In this document: piece after piece, positions 10,755 to 19,639 of the stretch
Layout of the letters: each line of letters opens with the position of its first letter
How positions within the stretch are numbered: position 1 is the first letter of the stretch
Virus record (IMG/VR): IMGVR_UViG_3300011008_002732
Direction: 5' to 3' (one strand)
DNA from: an uncultured virus (IMG/VR IMGVR_UViG_3300011008_002732)
Taxonomy: Duplodnaviria > Heunggongvirae > Uroviricota > Caudoviricetes
DNA length: 64,000 nucleotides
Position numbers and translations under genes: made by a program
The notes under the pieces: model-generated
Databases searched by the model: none
Seen by the model: the letters and a program-made list of their open reading frames with translations, nothing else
Told to the model about the DNA's origin: nothing

Positions 10755-10759
10755 TGTCT

Positions 10760-11155
10760 TTACTCGTTAATTGTTTTGTACTCAATTTTATTGTTAATGA
10801 CATGCTCCTCGGCACCTTCCACCTCAATGACCCTCTGCGAAAGGAGGGTGAGGGTGTACTCCGGGCCGTAGAACTCGCCAAAGAGTGTGTCGGCAAGCGT
10901 GGAAAGGGTGGCAAGCCTCAGAGTGTCTTCTTCCGGCTGGTTGTCGACAATGACATCCTTGACGTAGATGTTCACGTTCACATAGGCTATCTGTACCTGC
11001 CCGTTCTCATTGGCGAGGATGGAGATAACGATGTCCTCCTTCTTCGAGCCTTTGGGACGCTTGCGCTTCGACAGCTTACCCGTCACCGCCTGGTGCAGTT
11101 CCGAGCCCTTGATGAACTTGAAGATGTTTGTCTTTATGTCTTCGTCTGACCTCAT
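10760..11155 (-). CDS. Tail terminator/completion protein
   Basis: 131 aa; position in the neck module. Confidence 0.55.
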   Translation of the reverse strand: MRSDEDIKTNIFKFIKGSELHQAVTGKLSKRKRPKGSKKEDIVISILANENGQVQIAYVNVNIYVKDVIVDNQPEEDTLRLATLSTLADTLFGEFYGPEYTLTLLSQRVIEVEGAEEHVINNKIEYKTINE

Positions 11156-11658
11156 AACCTAACTTCTAATGCTTGGATTTCCTTTTCTGCTTCCTTGATT
11201 GCCTTCTGCAGGTATTTCCCGACTTCTTGCTTGGCATATATCTCCGTGGATGCCAGCACGTCCTTCGACTCCATCGCCTCCACATATTCGGCATATTCCA
11301 TTGCAGCGACCACTACCAGCGCGTATGTGTCCGAGTAGAGCCTTGCAAGTTCAGTTACCATCCTGCGGCCCTTCTCCGAGCCTTCCCCGCCTCCGAGAAC
11401 AGAGTCAAATGTCGATTCTATCTGCTTCTGTCCGTAGGAATAGATGGCATAGCCGATTGAGCTTCTGAGGTTTCCGGTCTGGTCGTACCAACTGTCACCG
11501 CCCTTCCTGTCTCTGATCCTCCTTACGCATGTCAGCCCCAGATAGTTGAGGTTGTACTGGATGCGGTCGAAGATAATCTTCGCAGCCTGTCTGAACAGGT
11601 CGTCGAGGGCCTTGGTCGATGTGACAAACCTTATGTCGCTCATACCCACATCTTGCAT
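11152..11658 (-). CDS. HK97 gp10-like neck protein
   Basis: DQTGNLRSSIGY and MEYAEYVE motifs typical of HK97-gp10 family. Confidence 0.75.
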   Translation of the reverse strand: MQDVGMSDIRFVTSTKALDDLFRQAAKIIFDRIQYNLNYLGLTCVRRIRDRKGGDSWYDQTGNLRSSIGYAIYSYGQKQIESTFDSVLGGGEGSEKGRRMVTELARLYSDTYALVVVAAMEYAEYVEAMESKDVLASTEIYAKQEVGKYLQKAIKEAEKEIQALEVRL

Positions 11659-11978
11659 TGGTGCTGGTAGCGATGGAAGCCTTTCACCGTGAACTCCTTC
11701 TTCTCCTGCAGGGTGCCCTCACCGAAGAATATTACCCGTACCTTCTCTCCGACGACGAACTCCCTTGTACGCTTCGGCAGGTAGATGGTATAGGAGTATT
11801 GCAGTTCAACACCGTCTGGAGTGGTGATTTTGTTCGCCTCTCCGGCAGGGACGGCATCACAGCGGCACAGCCTGTTCCATTCCTCCACCCCAGCGTGGGA
11901 GTCGCCGTTCTCGTCCTCGTACTCATCAGACTTGGTGAGCACTTCGAGATAGTGGGGTTTCATCTTCAGTATCGGCAT
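11640..11978 (-). CDS. Head closure protein
   Basis: 112 aa; position after head-tail adaptor. Confidence 0.55.
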   Translation of the reverse strand: MPILKMKPHYLEVLTKSDEYEDENGDSHAGVEEWNRLCRCDAVPAGEANKITTPDGVELQYSYTIYLPKRTREFVVGEKVRVIFFGEGTLQEKKEFTVKGFHRYQHQCKMWV

Positions 11979-11981
11979 ATC

Positions 11982-12308
11982 TCAGCAGTTGATATAGACT
12001 TTCGGCTCGAAGTCCTCGATGGTCTCTTCGCCTATCTCGTCGTAGATGGAGTTGGCTCTTGCGAGCAGCTTCTTCTTCACCTCGTCCGTCAGAGTGCCTA
12101 CGCTCTTGTCGGCCTCGGAGAAATTCACGGCCTGCACCAAGGCAACAAGGCAATCAGCGAAGCACCCCTTGAAGGTTCTGGAGGTGGCCACATCGTAGTC
12201 GTACTCCAAGTCGCCGTCAAGGTCACGCGCGATCATCTTGTTCTCCACCAGCCCTTCTGGGATGGGGTAGATAATCTCATCGAGCAGTGCTTCTCTGATT
12301 GTCTTCAT
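11982..12308 (-). CDS. Head-tail adaptor/connector
   Basis: 108 aa immediately downstream of capsid gene. Confidence 0.55.
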   Translation of the reverse strand: MKTIREALLDEIIYPIPEGLVENKMIARDLDGDLEYDYDVATSRTFKGCFADCLVALVQAVNFSEADKSVGTLTDEVKKKLLARANSIYDEIGEETIEDFEPKVYINC

Positions 12309-12319
12309 AGTCTCACACT

Positions 12320-13810
12320 TTAAGCGTTAGCAGCCTGCTCGACTGCGATGGTTGCGGTGCGAGTGCCAACGGTCACGGTCACGGTGCCAGTGCGCTTGGG
12401 TGCGCTGTCTGCGCTGTTGGCGGCAACCTTGACGGTGATGGTCTTATCCGAAATGGTCGGAGTAATCCAAGCGTCGTCGGTAGTCACCGTGGCGGCAGCG
12501 ATATTGGCATCGGTGTCGTTGCTTGTCAGCTTCACGGTCTTGCCAGTGCTGTCAGCAGCGGCAGTGAACGAGAGGGTCTTAGGACTTACGGACGGGCAGT
12601 ACACCACGTCAGCCTTGAAGGTGGCCTCGTCCTCGTCGCTCAGAGCATTGAAGGCAGCGATCACGGCAGCGTCAGTAGCGTTGCTGGCTACGCTCTGGCC
12701 GAGAGCCTTCAACTTGGCGATGGCCTCAGACTTCACGTACTTCTTGCCTCCGATGGTGACATAGGTGTCCGCGCTGTCCTCCGTCTCGGCTTCGGTGTCA
12801 ACCACCTCGGCATTGCTCTTGTCGATAGTGTAAATCATATCGACGTTCTCAATGACGGGGATAACCAGGGCCTCACCAGTCGTATGCTCGATGAGAGGCT
12901 TCGTGGTCGAGAACTCCGAAATCAACTTGTACTGGTCAAGTTGAGCGTACTTTACTCCGGCAACGGGGTTGGTGACCTCAGCGAGGGTACCCCATACCAG
13001 CGAGCCTACATCGGTAGAGGACAGGAACACCAGCTTGTCGGCATTGTACGGCTTGACTGGGGTACGCTTGCCGTTCTTCTCGAAGTACACCGTGCGGTCG
13101 ATCTTCAAGAACTGGATGCCGCCGAACTCGGTAGCGAAGGCGTCGTCGAATGCCGTTGCGTTCGGGATGGGCAGCTTCGTAGTTTCCGTGTAGGTGATTT
13201 CCTTTGCATCGGCCACCAACTCACGGGCCCAGCGTTCCTTCTTCATTTCACGGTAGGTCGAGAGGGCAATGACAAGAGTGGTGATAGTCACACCATCAGC
13301 GTTGGCCTTGTCAAGGACGCGCTCGATGTCCTCACGGCTGATATGACCCTTCTCGGTGACACCGAAATGGTTGCCTGGGAACTTCTCGTAACCGAACGTC
13401 ACGCGGAGTGCGGTGCCAGTGTTCTCATCGTCGGGAACGGCCATCACGCCGTCAGAGAGGGCGGTGAGGAAGTTGGCCTCGTTCTTCTCGTCGATACCTA
13501 CGGAGCAGTACACAGCATCGTTGGCGAAGCGCTGGATAATCCGCTGACGCTGGGAAGCGGCAGCGGCCTGGTTGCCTCCGTTTACGCTGGCCTGATACTG
13601 GGCATTCATGATGTTGAGGGTGTTGATGTCGGTCTCACCCTTCTTCTTCTCCATACCAATCTTTGGCAACTTGCCGTTCGAGGTTGCGATGGAGTCACGC
13701 TTCTTCACGGGGAGAGGCGAGTCCATGGCCACCATGTCAGCGGCAACATACACCGTGTTGGCAGAAGTACCCTCCCACTTCTGATCCGCGCTGTACACAG
13801 GGGTCAGCAT
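12320..13810 (-). CDS. Major capsid protein with C-terminal BACON/Ig-like extension; 5' end possibly truncated
   Basis: YSADQKW..VAADMVAMDSPLP..GKLPKIGM resembles Bacteroidales phage capsid proteins; frame stays open 22 codons upstream of the Met (..TYLHKT) with no start codon. Confidence 0.85.
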   Translation of the reverse strand: MLTPVYSADQKWEGTSANTVYVAADMVAMDSPLPVKKRDSIATSNGKLPKIGMEKKKGETDINTLNIMNAQYQASVNGGNQAAAASQRQRIIQRFANDAVYCSVGIDEKNEANFLTALSDGVMAVPDDENTGTALRVTFGYEKFPGNHFGVTEKGHISREDIERVLDKANADGVTITTLVIALSTYREMKKERWARELVADAKEITYTETTKLPIPNATAFDDAFATEFGGIQFLKIDRTVYFEKNGKRTPVKPYNADKLVFLSSTDVGSLVWGTLAEVTNPVAGVKYAQLDQYKLISEFSTTKPLIEHTTGEALVIPVIENVDMIYTIDKSNAEVVDTEAETEDSADTYVTIGGKKYVKSEAIAKLKALGQSVASNATDAAVIAAFNALSDEDEATFKADVVYCPSVSPKTLSFTAAADSTGKTVKLTSNDTDANIAAATVTTDDAWITPTISDKTITVKVAANSADSAPKRTGTVTVTVGTRTATIAVEQAANA

Positions 13811-13876
13811 GGTCTTGTGGAGGTAGGTGCGTGGCTTGCCGTTGTTCTCCTTCTTCTGTTTACTGGTTTCTGCAAC

Positions 13877-13978
13877 TTAGTCGTGCATGAACACGAGTCC
13901 GGGAAGTGCAGTCTTCATAGCGGACTTGATGGAACTCACAGGGTACGGACTTGCGACATCGTTCACCTCACCGTCGTA
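13877..13978 (-). pseudogene. 3' fragment of the head decoration gene (YDGEVNDVASPYP...VFMHD-stop), separated from its 5' part by the inserted element
   Basis: In-frame continuation of the ORF at 34229-34549 through the shared 12-bp repeat (YDGE codons). Confidence 0.9.
13967..13978. repeat. att core, left copy (CTCACCGTCGTA)
   Basis: Identical to 34229-34240; extends to 15/16 matches as CTCACCGTCGTA[G/C]ATG. Confidence 0.92.
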
Positions 13979-14040
13979 GATGTTACACTTTTCTCGTATC
14001 TCGCTGATACACAACGGAAAGCGGATTTTCAAAAATACTC

Positions 14041-14061
14041 GGAGTAACAACGTGGTAACAA
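14041..14061. promoter_or_regulatory. Putative integrase arm-type sites (GGAGTAACAAC-GTGGTAACAA)
   Basis: Tandem GTAACAA repeats matching 34071-34091 near the other end of the element. Confidence 0.65.
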
Positions 14062-14342
14062 AACTGCACGAAAAGCTGTGCAAGCCGGACTCCCAAATCA
14101 TAAAAAAACATAAATCTTTCGGCCGTCACTCAGAATGGACTCCATCTGTGCAAATTTGCATAAACAGGAGGCTCGTCAGAGCTTCAGATGGGATGGTGGG
14201 TGTGGATGATGCCGAATAGTCCTCTTGAACCTCGCTTGGACTTTCTTGGACGCTCTATCTGCACACCTCCATTATGGTCTCAATAAGGGATGGCATGTGA
14301 ACCTCTTAGAACGGCTGTGAACAGGCTTGTAGGCAGGATAGC

Positions 14343-14380
14343 AAAAACCCTCACCCGTGCCTCTCGGCAAAGATGAGGGT
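14343..14380 (-). terminator. Rho-independent terminator at the left end of the element
   Basis: ACCCTCA..TGAGGGT stem preceded by an A-run on + (U-run on -), downstream of the 14452-14655 gene. Confidence 0.5.
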
Positions 14381-14451
14381 CGCAATGGCAGGCAGCACCT
14401 AAAAGCGTAGATTCTGAAGTCAAAAAGTGGTGCCCCGTACCTTCGGCTTCG

Positions 14452-14655
14452 CTAAACCGACATTCTCCAAAACTTGACGATCTCCAGCCCTGTGTAGAAC
14501 CTTCGTCCGTTTGACTTGCGGTACCGACAGCTGATACCTGTCGGGCCGATATTCGTGTATCTGCGCAGCGTGTTCCTGTGGACTCCGAGGATAGCCGCTG
14601 CCTCTTGTATGCTGTATCGTGCCGTTGGTGGCACTTGTGGCTCTTCGTTTACCAT
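14452..14655 (-). CDS. MerR/Xis-like HTH protein (putative excisionase)
   Basis: RYSIQEAAAILGVHRNTLRRY HTH; close to the att site. Confidence 0.7.
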   Translation of the reverse strand: MVNEEPQVPPTARYSIQEAAAILGVHRNTLRRYTNIGPTGISCRYRKSNGRRFYTGLEIVKFWRMSV

Positions 14656-14784
14656 ACGTGGATAGTTGTTAGGGTTGCACTACGATGTCCGCTTGTGGAG
14701 GCTGTGACGCAGCCTGTGGACGCTGTTACTCTCTTGGGATGGGAGGGAAAGGAGGCCGGACGATGCCAGCCCCCCTCCGATGGC

Positions 14785-15171
14785 CTATGCAGGTTCCTCA
14801 TTGCTCGTTGAGGCTGATTCCTCGGTAGCCAGCACATAGGCATCTGCGTTCTCCCTTGCCTCGCTGATGATGGCCGAGTAGCTTACATCGTTGCCGGCAC
14901 TGATGGCTTCGTCGATGCACTTCTCCAGGTTCTCGATGATGTTCTCGACGTGACTGCCAACGAGGTCTCGGTACACTGGCAGTCCGCACTTGCGGTTCCT
15001 GTAGTTCGTGACCTTCGACAGGAGGATGAAGATGTCGCTGACCATCTGCTTCAGCTCCTTGCTCTCGGACTCGTTGATAACGTTCATTACCTTCTCGACT
15101 TGCTCTTTGGTGGTGCAGGGAGCGGACTGCTGCTTGTTTCTTTTCATTGCTCTTGGGTTTTTATAGTTCAA
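14785..15171 (-). CDS. Hypothetical protein (start may be 15147)
   Basis: In operon; AAGAGCAATG leader at the 15147 start. Confidence 0.6.
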   Translation of the reverse strand: MNYKNPRAMKRNKQQSAPCTTKEQVEKVMNVINESESKELKQMVSDIFILLSKVTNYRNRKCGLPVYRDLVGSHVENIIENLEKCIDEAISAGNDVSYSAIISEARENADAYVLATEESASTSNEEPA

Positions 15172-15457
15172 CTTCTGATAACATGTCTATCACGTCCGCA
15201 TACTCGCTGAGTGCCTGCAAGGGCGCCTGCTCCTCTGCGGTGATGATGTCGTACTGCTCCACTGCTCTCGCCCACATCGTGAATGCGTCACAGAGGAATG
15301 ACTTGGCTTCGTCGTAGCCGTTCTCGTCCGTCAGCCTCTCAATGAGTGCTGCCAGCTGCTTGGGGATCATGGCCGATACCATCTGCCCCTTATTCGTGGG
15401 GGTGGGGATTGAACCCCTTGCCCCCGACTGTCTCTTTGGTGTTTCTTGCTTCTTCAT
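15161..15457 (-). CDS. Hypothetical protein
   Basis: 98 aa, AAGAGCAATG leader, in operon. Confidence 0.6.
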   Translation of the reverse strand: MKKQETPKRQSGARGSIPTPTNKGQMVSAMIPKQLAALIERLTDENGYDEAKSFLCDAFTMWARAVEQYDIITAEEQAPLQALSEYADVIDMLSEVEL

Positions 15458-15469
15458 TGCTCTTGCCTT

Positions 15470-16204
15470 TTATGCTAATCTGCAGTTGTACTGCGTGAAC
15501 TCTCTTATTCCGATGCCGAGGCCAGTGGTGACGAACCTGCGCATCTTCATTATCTCCTGCTTCGCTGATGGGATGCCGATGTTGAGCTTGCTGCTTACTT
15601 CGGCTGCACTCATCCCCTGCAGGTACCATACGAACAGGGTTGAGAAACGCTTCCTCCGCTTCTCGGTCTTGATGGTGGCGAACACACCCTTGACCATCTT
15701 ATTGAGCATCCTCGACTCATTGGCCTTGCGACGCTCGACCTCCTCGATGTCCTCCTGCTCTGAACTGAGGCAGTACTCGAGTGCTTCGATGTCGGTTTCC
15801 TGCTGATGCCTCTCAGCCTCGTTGTAGAACTGCCACTTGACCTGTGAGGTGAGGAACGAGTATGCGCTGCTGCTTCCGTCCTCCACGAACTTCTCGTAGT
15901 ATTGCGTGTAGGCTTCCTGTACGAGGTCGTCTGCCATTTCCGTGCAGTGGCACAGGGAGATTGCGTAGGCTCTTATCTTCTCGTACATCTTCAGAGGCTC
16001 GTCCGAGGGTCGGCAGGTCTGCGAACCCCTTGCCTGGTCTGCGTACTGATAGATGAACTCTCCGACCATCTTCTGCTTTCCCGTGAGGCAGTTGCATATC
16101 AGAGTGACCGACACCCCTGCCTTTTCGGCTGCGGCCCTGACCGTCGGGAAGGTGGCGGTCAGTATGCCGTTGGCCGTGTACTGATTGACTTGTCTTGCTC
16201 TCAT
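15470..16204 (-). CDS. NUMOD1-like domain fused to sigma-70/ECF-like domain
   Basis: N-terminal VNQYT..G..TFPTVRAAAEKAGV..ICNC (NUMOD1-like); ADDLVQEAY (region 2-like); C-terminal YLQGMSAAEVSSKLNI (region 4-like HTH). Confidence 0.6.
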   Translation of the reverse strand: MRARQVNQYTANGILTATFPTVRAAAEKAGVSVTLICNCLTGKQKMVGEFIYQYADQARGSQTCRPSDEPLKMYEKIRAYAISLCHCTEMADDLVQEAYTQYYEKFVEDGSSSAYSFLTSQVKWQFYNEAERHQQETDIEALEYCLSSEQEDIEEVERRKANESRMLNKMVKGVFATIKTEKRRKRFSTLFVWYLQGMSAAEVSSKLNIGIPSAKQEIMKMRRFVTTGLGIGIREFTQYNCRLA

Positions 16205-16216
16205 GGCTCCCGTGCT

Positions 16217-16549
16217 TTAGAAGTTGACGCTGATGAGGTTGGCTTTCTTGAAGCAGCGGTACTCCTGCTTCTCGGTGTCGAAGTAGGTCTGCAGGGTCTC
16301 GTTGGACTTCCGACCCGTTCCCTTGGTGGCGGGCAGGATGGAGGCTTGCAGGGTGCCGTAGGCTTCTCTGATGCTTCCGTCAACCTTTTGGAAGTGGAAC
16401 TTGACGATGCGGGTCTGCATCTGGATTCTCAACTTGGCGTTCAGCCATGCTAACTTTAAGGCTTCCGAGAGGGAAAGGCCGTTTTTCTTTACGAATTCCC
16501 ATGCGGTGCTCATTATCGAGCTGAGGGAGGTTTTGAACGTTGCTTTCAT
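16217..16549 (-). CDS. WYL-like SH3 beta-barrel protein
   Basis: VKFHFQKVDGSIREAYGTL and QTYFDTEKQEYRCFKKANL motifs, a common Bacteroidales phage family. Confidence 0.7.
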   Translation of the reverse strand: MKATFKTSLSSIMSTAWEFVKKNGLSLSEALKLAWLNAKLRIQMQTRIVKFHFQKVDGSIREAYGTLQASILPATKGTGRKSNETLQTYFDTEKQEYRCFKKANLISVNF

Positions 16550-16811
16550 CTTTTTGACTTTTAGAGTGAATTATTATTTGTTTGGTGCTGTAAAGGTAGC
16601 AATAAAAAACGGAATAACCAAATTTTACGTCGCAAAAATACTCTAAACACGTTATTTTTAACTTTTGCTCACTTTTAATCGGTCTGAATGACCTTTTTTG
16701 CACAATTTTGAACTTTATAACCCATTCAGATTACTTTTCTGCAAAAACATTTGGTCATTCGGCAAAAAACAACTACCTTTGTGCCATCAAAACATAATTC
16801 ATTCAAAGTAC

Positions 16812-17111
16812 ATGGAGATTACCAAGGTCATCAAGAGACACGGCTACAATCAGACACAGGTAGCCGAGCGAATGGGCATACTGCGCCAGTCCTTTGCCAA
16901 TCAGATCTGCAAGGGCAATCCGCAAGTCAGTTACCTCCGCAGGATAGCGGACATCATCGGAGCGGACATCACCGAGTTCTTCGAGGATGAGGTGCAGCAG
17001 TCCGAGGCACAGCAGCCAGCAGATGAAGGCCAGGCTCTCATCTGTCCTCATTGTGGAAAGGAAATCAAGGCTCACTTCACCATCGAGCCGCTGACAGGAA
17101 AGGAGGGCTGA
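16812..17111 (+). CDS. XRE-family HTH regulator with C-terminal zinc ribbon
   Basis: HTH (QTQVAERMGI..GNP..LRRIADIIG) plus CPHCG; divergent from the 16549 operon; start taken at MEITK. Confidence 0.8.
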   Translation: MEITKVIKRHGYNQTQVAERMGILRQSFANQICKGNPQVSYLRRIADIIGADITEFFEDEVQQSEAQQPADEGQALICPHCGKEIKAHFTIEPLTGKEG

Positions 17112-17113
17112 CA

Positions 17114-17413
17114 ATGGACGTCAAGAGGGTTATCAAGGAGCGTGGCTTCACGCTGACACAGGTATCGGAACTGACGGGCATACACGTCAAGACGCTTCCG
17201 GCCATGATTTCACCGAACCGCAACGTCACGGTCAACACCCTGCGCAAGGTTGCCGAGGCCATAGGCTGCAGCATCACGGACTTCTTCGCTGATGAGGCTC
17301 AGCCGTCCAGCACACCGACTGTCTCTGATGGAGCGGTACCAATCATCACCTGTCCGCATTGCGGCCACCAAGTCAAGGTCTGCGTCAAGGTCGAGCAGCC
17401 GGACACCAAGTAA
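17114..17413 (+). CDS. Second XRE-family HTH regulator with zinc ribbon (tandem paralog)
   Basis: MDVKRVIKERG..TLRKVAEAIGC..CPHCG. Confidence 0.8.
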   Translation: MDVKRVIKERGFTLTQVSELTGIHVKTLPAMISPNRNVTVNTLRKVAEAIGCSITDFFADEAQPSSTPTVSDGAVPIITCPHCGHQVKVCVKVEQPDTK

Positions 17414-17440
17414 GCTTATTCTTTCATCACTATCTCTTGC

Positions 17441-17490
17441 CACCACCTCTCACAAGTCTCTCATGGCTTCGGGAGGTGGTCTTTCTTTTC
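17441..17490 (+). terminator. Rho-independent terminator after the XRE pair
   Basis: ACCACCTCTC..GGGAGGTGGT stem followed by CTTTCTTTT. Confidence 0.6.
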
Positions 17491-18013
17491 CTCGCTGTTG
17501 TGGCTTGTGACGGCATTTCATACATGGGGTGGAGAAATGTAGGTCGGTGGCATAGGAACGGCTTAGAACGGGCATAGGAGGGCTGTGACAGGCTTTGCCC
17601 GTCCTATGGATGGTTAGGATATTCTTTGGAACCCACTCAAAATCTTAGCCTGTCCTGCCAACCCAAGAGGCCATACGGCACCAGGCATAGGATTCGCCAC
17701 CCCCATTCGTAGAGGTGAGGGAAAGGACGTGATTTCGTTCTTAGACGGGTCTTAGGCTCGCGTGGACGCGCTGATGGCATAGGGGTATTATGACCTCGAT
17801 AAGGTCTGCGGTGTGTCAGGCTTAGAACGTCTAAGAACAGTCTTAGGACAGGGCATAAAAAAACCGCCCGAACTTCTCAGTCCAAGCGGTCAGCCTCGGT
17901 GGCTACCAAATAAATAATAATTCACGCCTCAGTCAAGAGACGAAAACATGCCACTCCGGCCTATAGGGAGCAGGAGGCTCCGCTTTCGCGGTACACCCCC
18001 TGCGTGTAGTCCG

Positions 18014-18346
18014 TTACCAAAGGGCAACCTTGCCGATGGCTCCGAAGTCGATGGTGGCTGTCGCTACACCGAGGGCCTGGAACACACGGCTTATCGTCGG
18101 CAGGGTGATGTTGTTGCCTTTCTCCAGCCTTGAAATCTGAGCCTTCTTCACTCCGATGCGCTCACCAAGTTCCTCTTGCGTGAGTTCTTGCTGAAGCCTT
18201 GCTTTCTTGATGAGCTCGCCGATCTCGTATGCCTGTACCGACTTGGCCACCTCTGCCTCAAACTCATCCCTTTCGGGTGTGCCGACCTTTCCGATGCACT
18301 CGTCCAAGTGCTGCTCGAATGGTATCAATTTCATCTTCTTTGCCAT
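18014..18346 (-). CDS. HigA-like HTH antitoxin
   Basis: XRE HTH (LTQEELGERIGVKKAQISRLE) directly downstream of RelE-like toxin. Confidence 0.8.
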   Translation of the reverse strand: MAKKMKLIPFEQHLDECIGKVGTPERDEFEAEVAKSVQAYEIGELIKKARLQQELTQEELGERIGVKKAQISRLEKGNNITLPTISRVFQALGVATATIDFGAIGKVALW

Positions 18347-18349
18347 ATT

Positions 18350-18694
18350 CTATTCTCCTTTTGATTTGAAATACTCTTGTCTGATTCTCTCTGCCTTGGC
18401 TATCTCCTTGGATGGGGTCTTCTGAGTCTTCTTGACGATGCCGTGAGTGGCTATCACCAGCGTTTCCTCCTCAGTGTCCCAAAAGGCGAACAGCCGATAC
18501 TTGACCTTGTTGAACAGGGTGCGGAACTCCCAAATCTCGGTGCCTTCCAGCTTCTTGAACAACTCGGCATTCCTCTCTCCCTGCTGCACTCGCTTGATGT
18601 TGCTGTCAATCTTCTTGGCGGCTGCATGGGGAAGCCCCTTGATGAAGCTGTCCGCTTCCTCCGTCAATACCAAATTGAATATGCTGTTGCTCAT
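18350..18694 (-). CDS. RelE/ParE-family (HigB/Gp49-like) toxin
   Basis: IWEFRT..YRLFAF..THGIVKKTQKTP..EI..A motif; toxin-first gene order. Confidence 0.85.
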   Translation of the reverse strand: MSNSIFNLVLTEEADSFIKGLPHAAAKKIDSNIKRVQQGERNAELFKKLEGTEIWEFRTLFNKVKYRLFAFWDTEEETLVIATHGIVKKTQKTPSKEIAKAERIRQEYFKSKGE

Positions 18695-18951
18695 ATCGGA
18701 TTCCTTTTTTGTCGGTGCAAAGATACTACAAAGTTTACACCCAACGAAACTTTTTCTCGCTTTTTTGTATTCCAGTGCTAACTTTTAACACTTTTCCTGT
18801 GTGAAGTGAGCCGTTTTGCTCTCTGTGAGGGGTCTGTTGTGGCTTGTATGGCCGTTTGCCAGCCCTCGGTGGATAGTTGTAGGGGTGAGGGGCGAAACGA
18901 GCTTGTTGAGGCTTATTTGCCCCTCGGTGTTTCTTATTGCTCTTGCCCGTC

Positions 18952-19245
18952 CTATGCTGCCTGCTTGTAATACTTCTCCAGCAGATCTTCGCTGAAGTCG
19001 TTCTCGGTGTCCTCCCCATCCTCGTCGAAGCTGTCTGCCGATGTGACGCAGAGTGAGCGGCTTGTGACGATGTAGGCTCCCGTGCCGTTCATGTAACCGC
19101 AATGGAAGTCGTCCTCGACATAGCCTTCTTCTTCAGCCTGGTACTCGATGATGAGGGTTTCGCCATCCTTCTCGAACTCTATGGTTCCTGTGCCGACCTC
19201 TATTTGGTCGAGGATGCTTTGGTAGTCTGATTTCGTGAGCTTCAT
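18952..19245 (-). CDS. Hypothetical acidic protein under a helper-type promoter
   Basis: 97 aa; promoter/operator motif at 19287-19319 just upstream. Confidence 0.7.
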   Translation of the reverse strand: MKLTKSDYQSILDQIEVGTGTIEFEKDGETLIIEYQAEEEGYVEDDFHCGYMNGTGAYIVTSRSLCVTSADSFDEDGEDTENDFSEDLLEKYYKQAA

Positions 19246-19286
19246 AACTTCTTGACTTTTTGGTGAATTATTACTTATTTTGGTGC

Positions 19287-19319
19287 TGTAAAGTTAGTCA
19301 TTTTTTTGCAATTTACCAA
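19287..19319 (-). promoter_or_regulatory. Helper-type early promoter/operator copy inside the element
   Basis: TGTAAAGTTAGTCATTTTTTTGCAATTTACCAA, 30/33 identical to the helper motif at 37308 and 58908. Confidence 0.7.
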
Positions 19320-19639
19320 ATAAATCGGCTCAAAAATACTCTAATCAGATTATATTTAACTTTTGCTCACTTTGGAACTTTCTGATTACACTTTTGCTAA
19401 CTTTTGGTTCGCCCGATGAGGCTCGTAATGGCTTCGCAGGGATGGGGATGAGGAAACCGCTCTGAGTCCGGCTGCTGACCTTCATCGGAACAAAATCGGA
19501 ACACTTGCGCATGGCCTGTGCCGATAATGTGCGTTGCTCTCAATCACTTTCAAGGACGGGCTGTCACTTTACTCCCGATTCCTTCCGATTTCTCGATGCT
19601 TTTGCTTATCTTTGCACCCCGATAAATCATAGCAAAACG

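Noticed and set aside
223..13890. Numerous long plus-strand ORFs (e.g. 697-1491, 3902-5134, 9957-10871)
   Set aside because: Antisense shadows of well-supported minus-strand structural genes, with no recognisable motifs
13877..14101. 74-aa ORF as an independent gene
   Set aside because: Only the last 33 codons appear to be real coding sequence (decoration gene 3' end); the rest is read-through from element DNA
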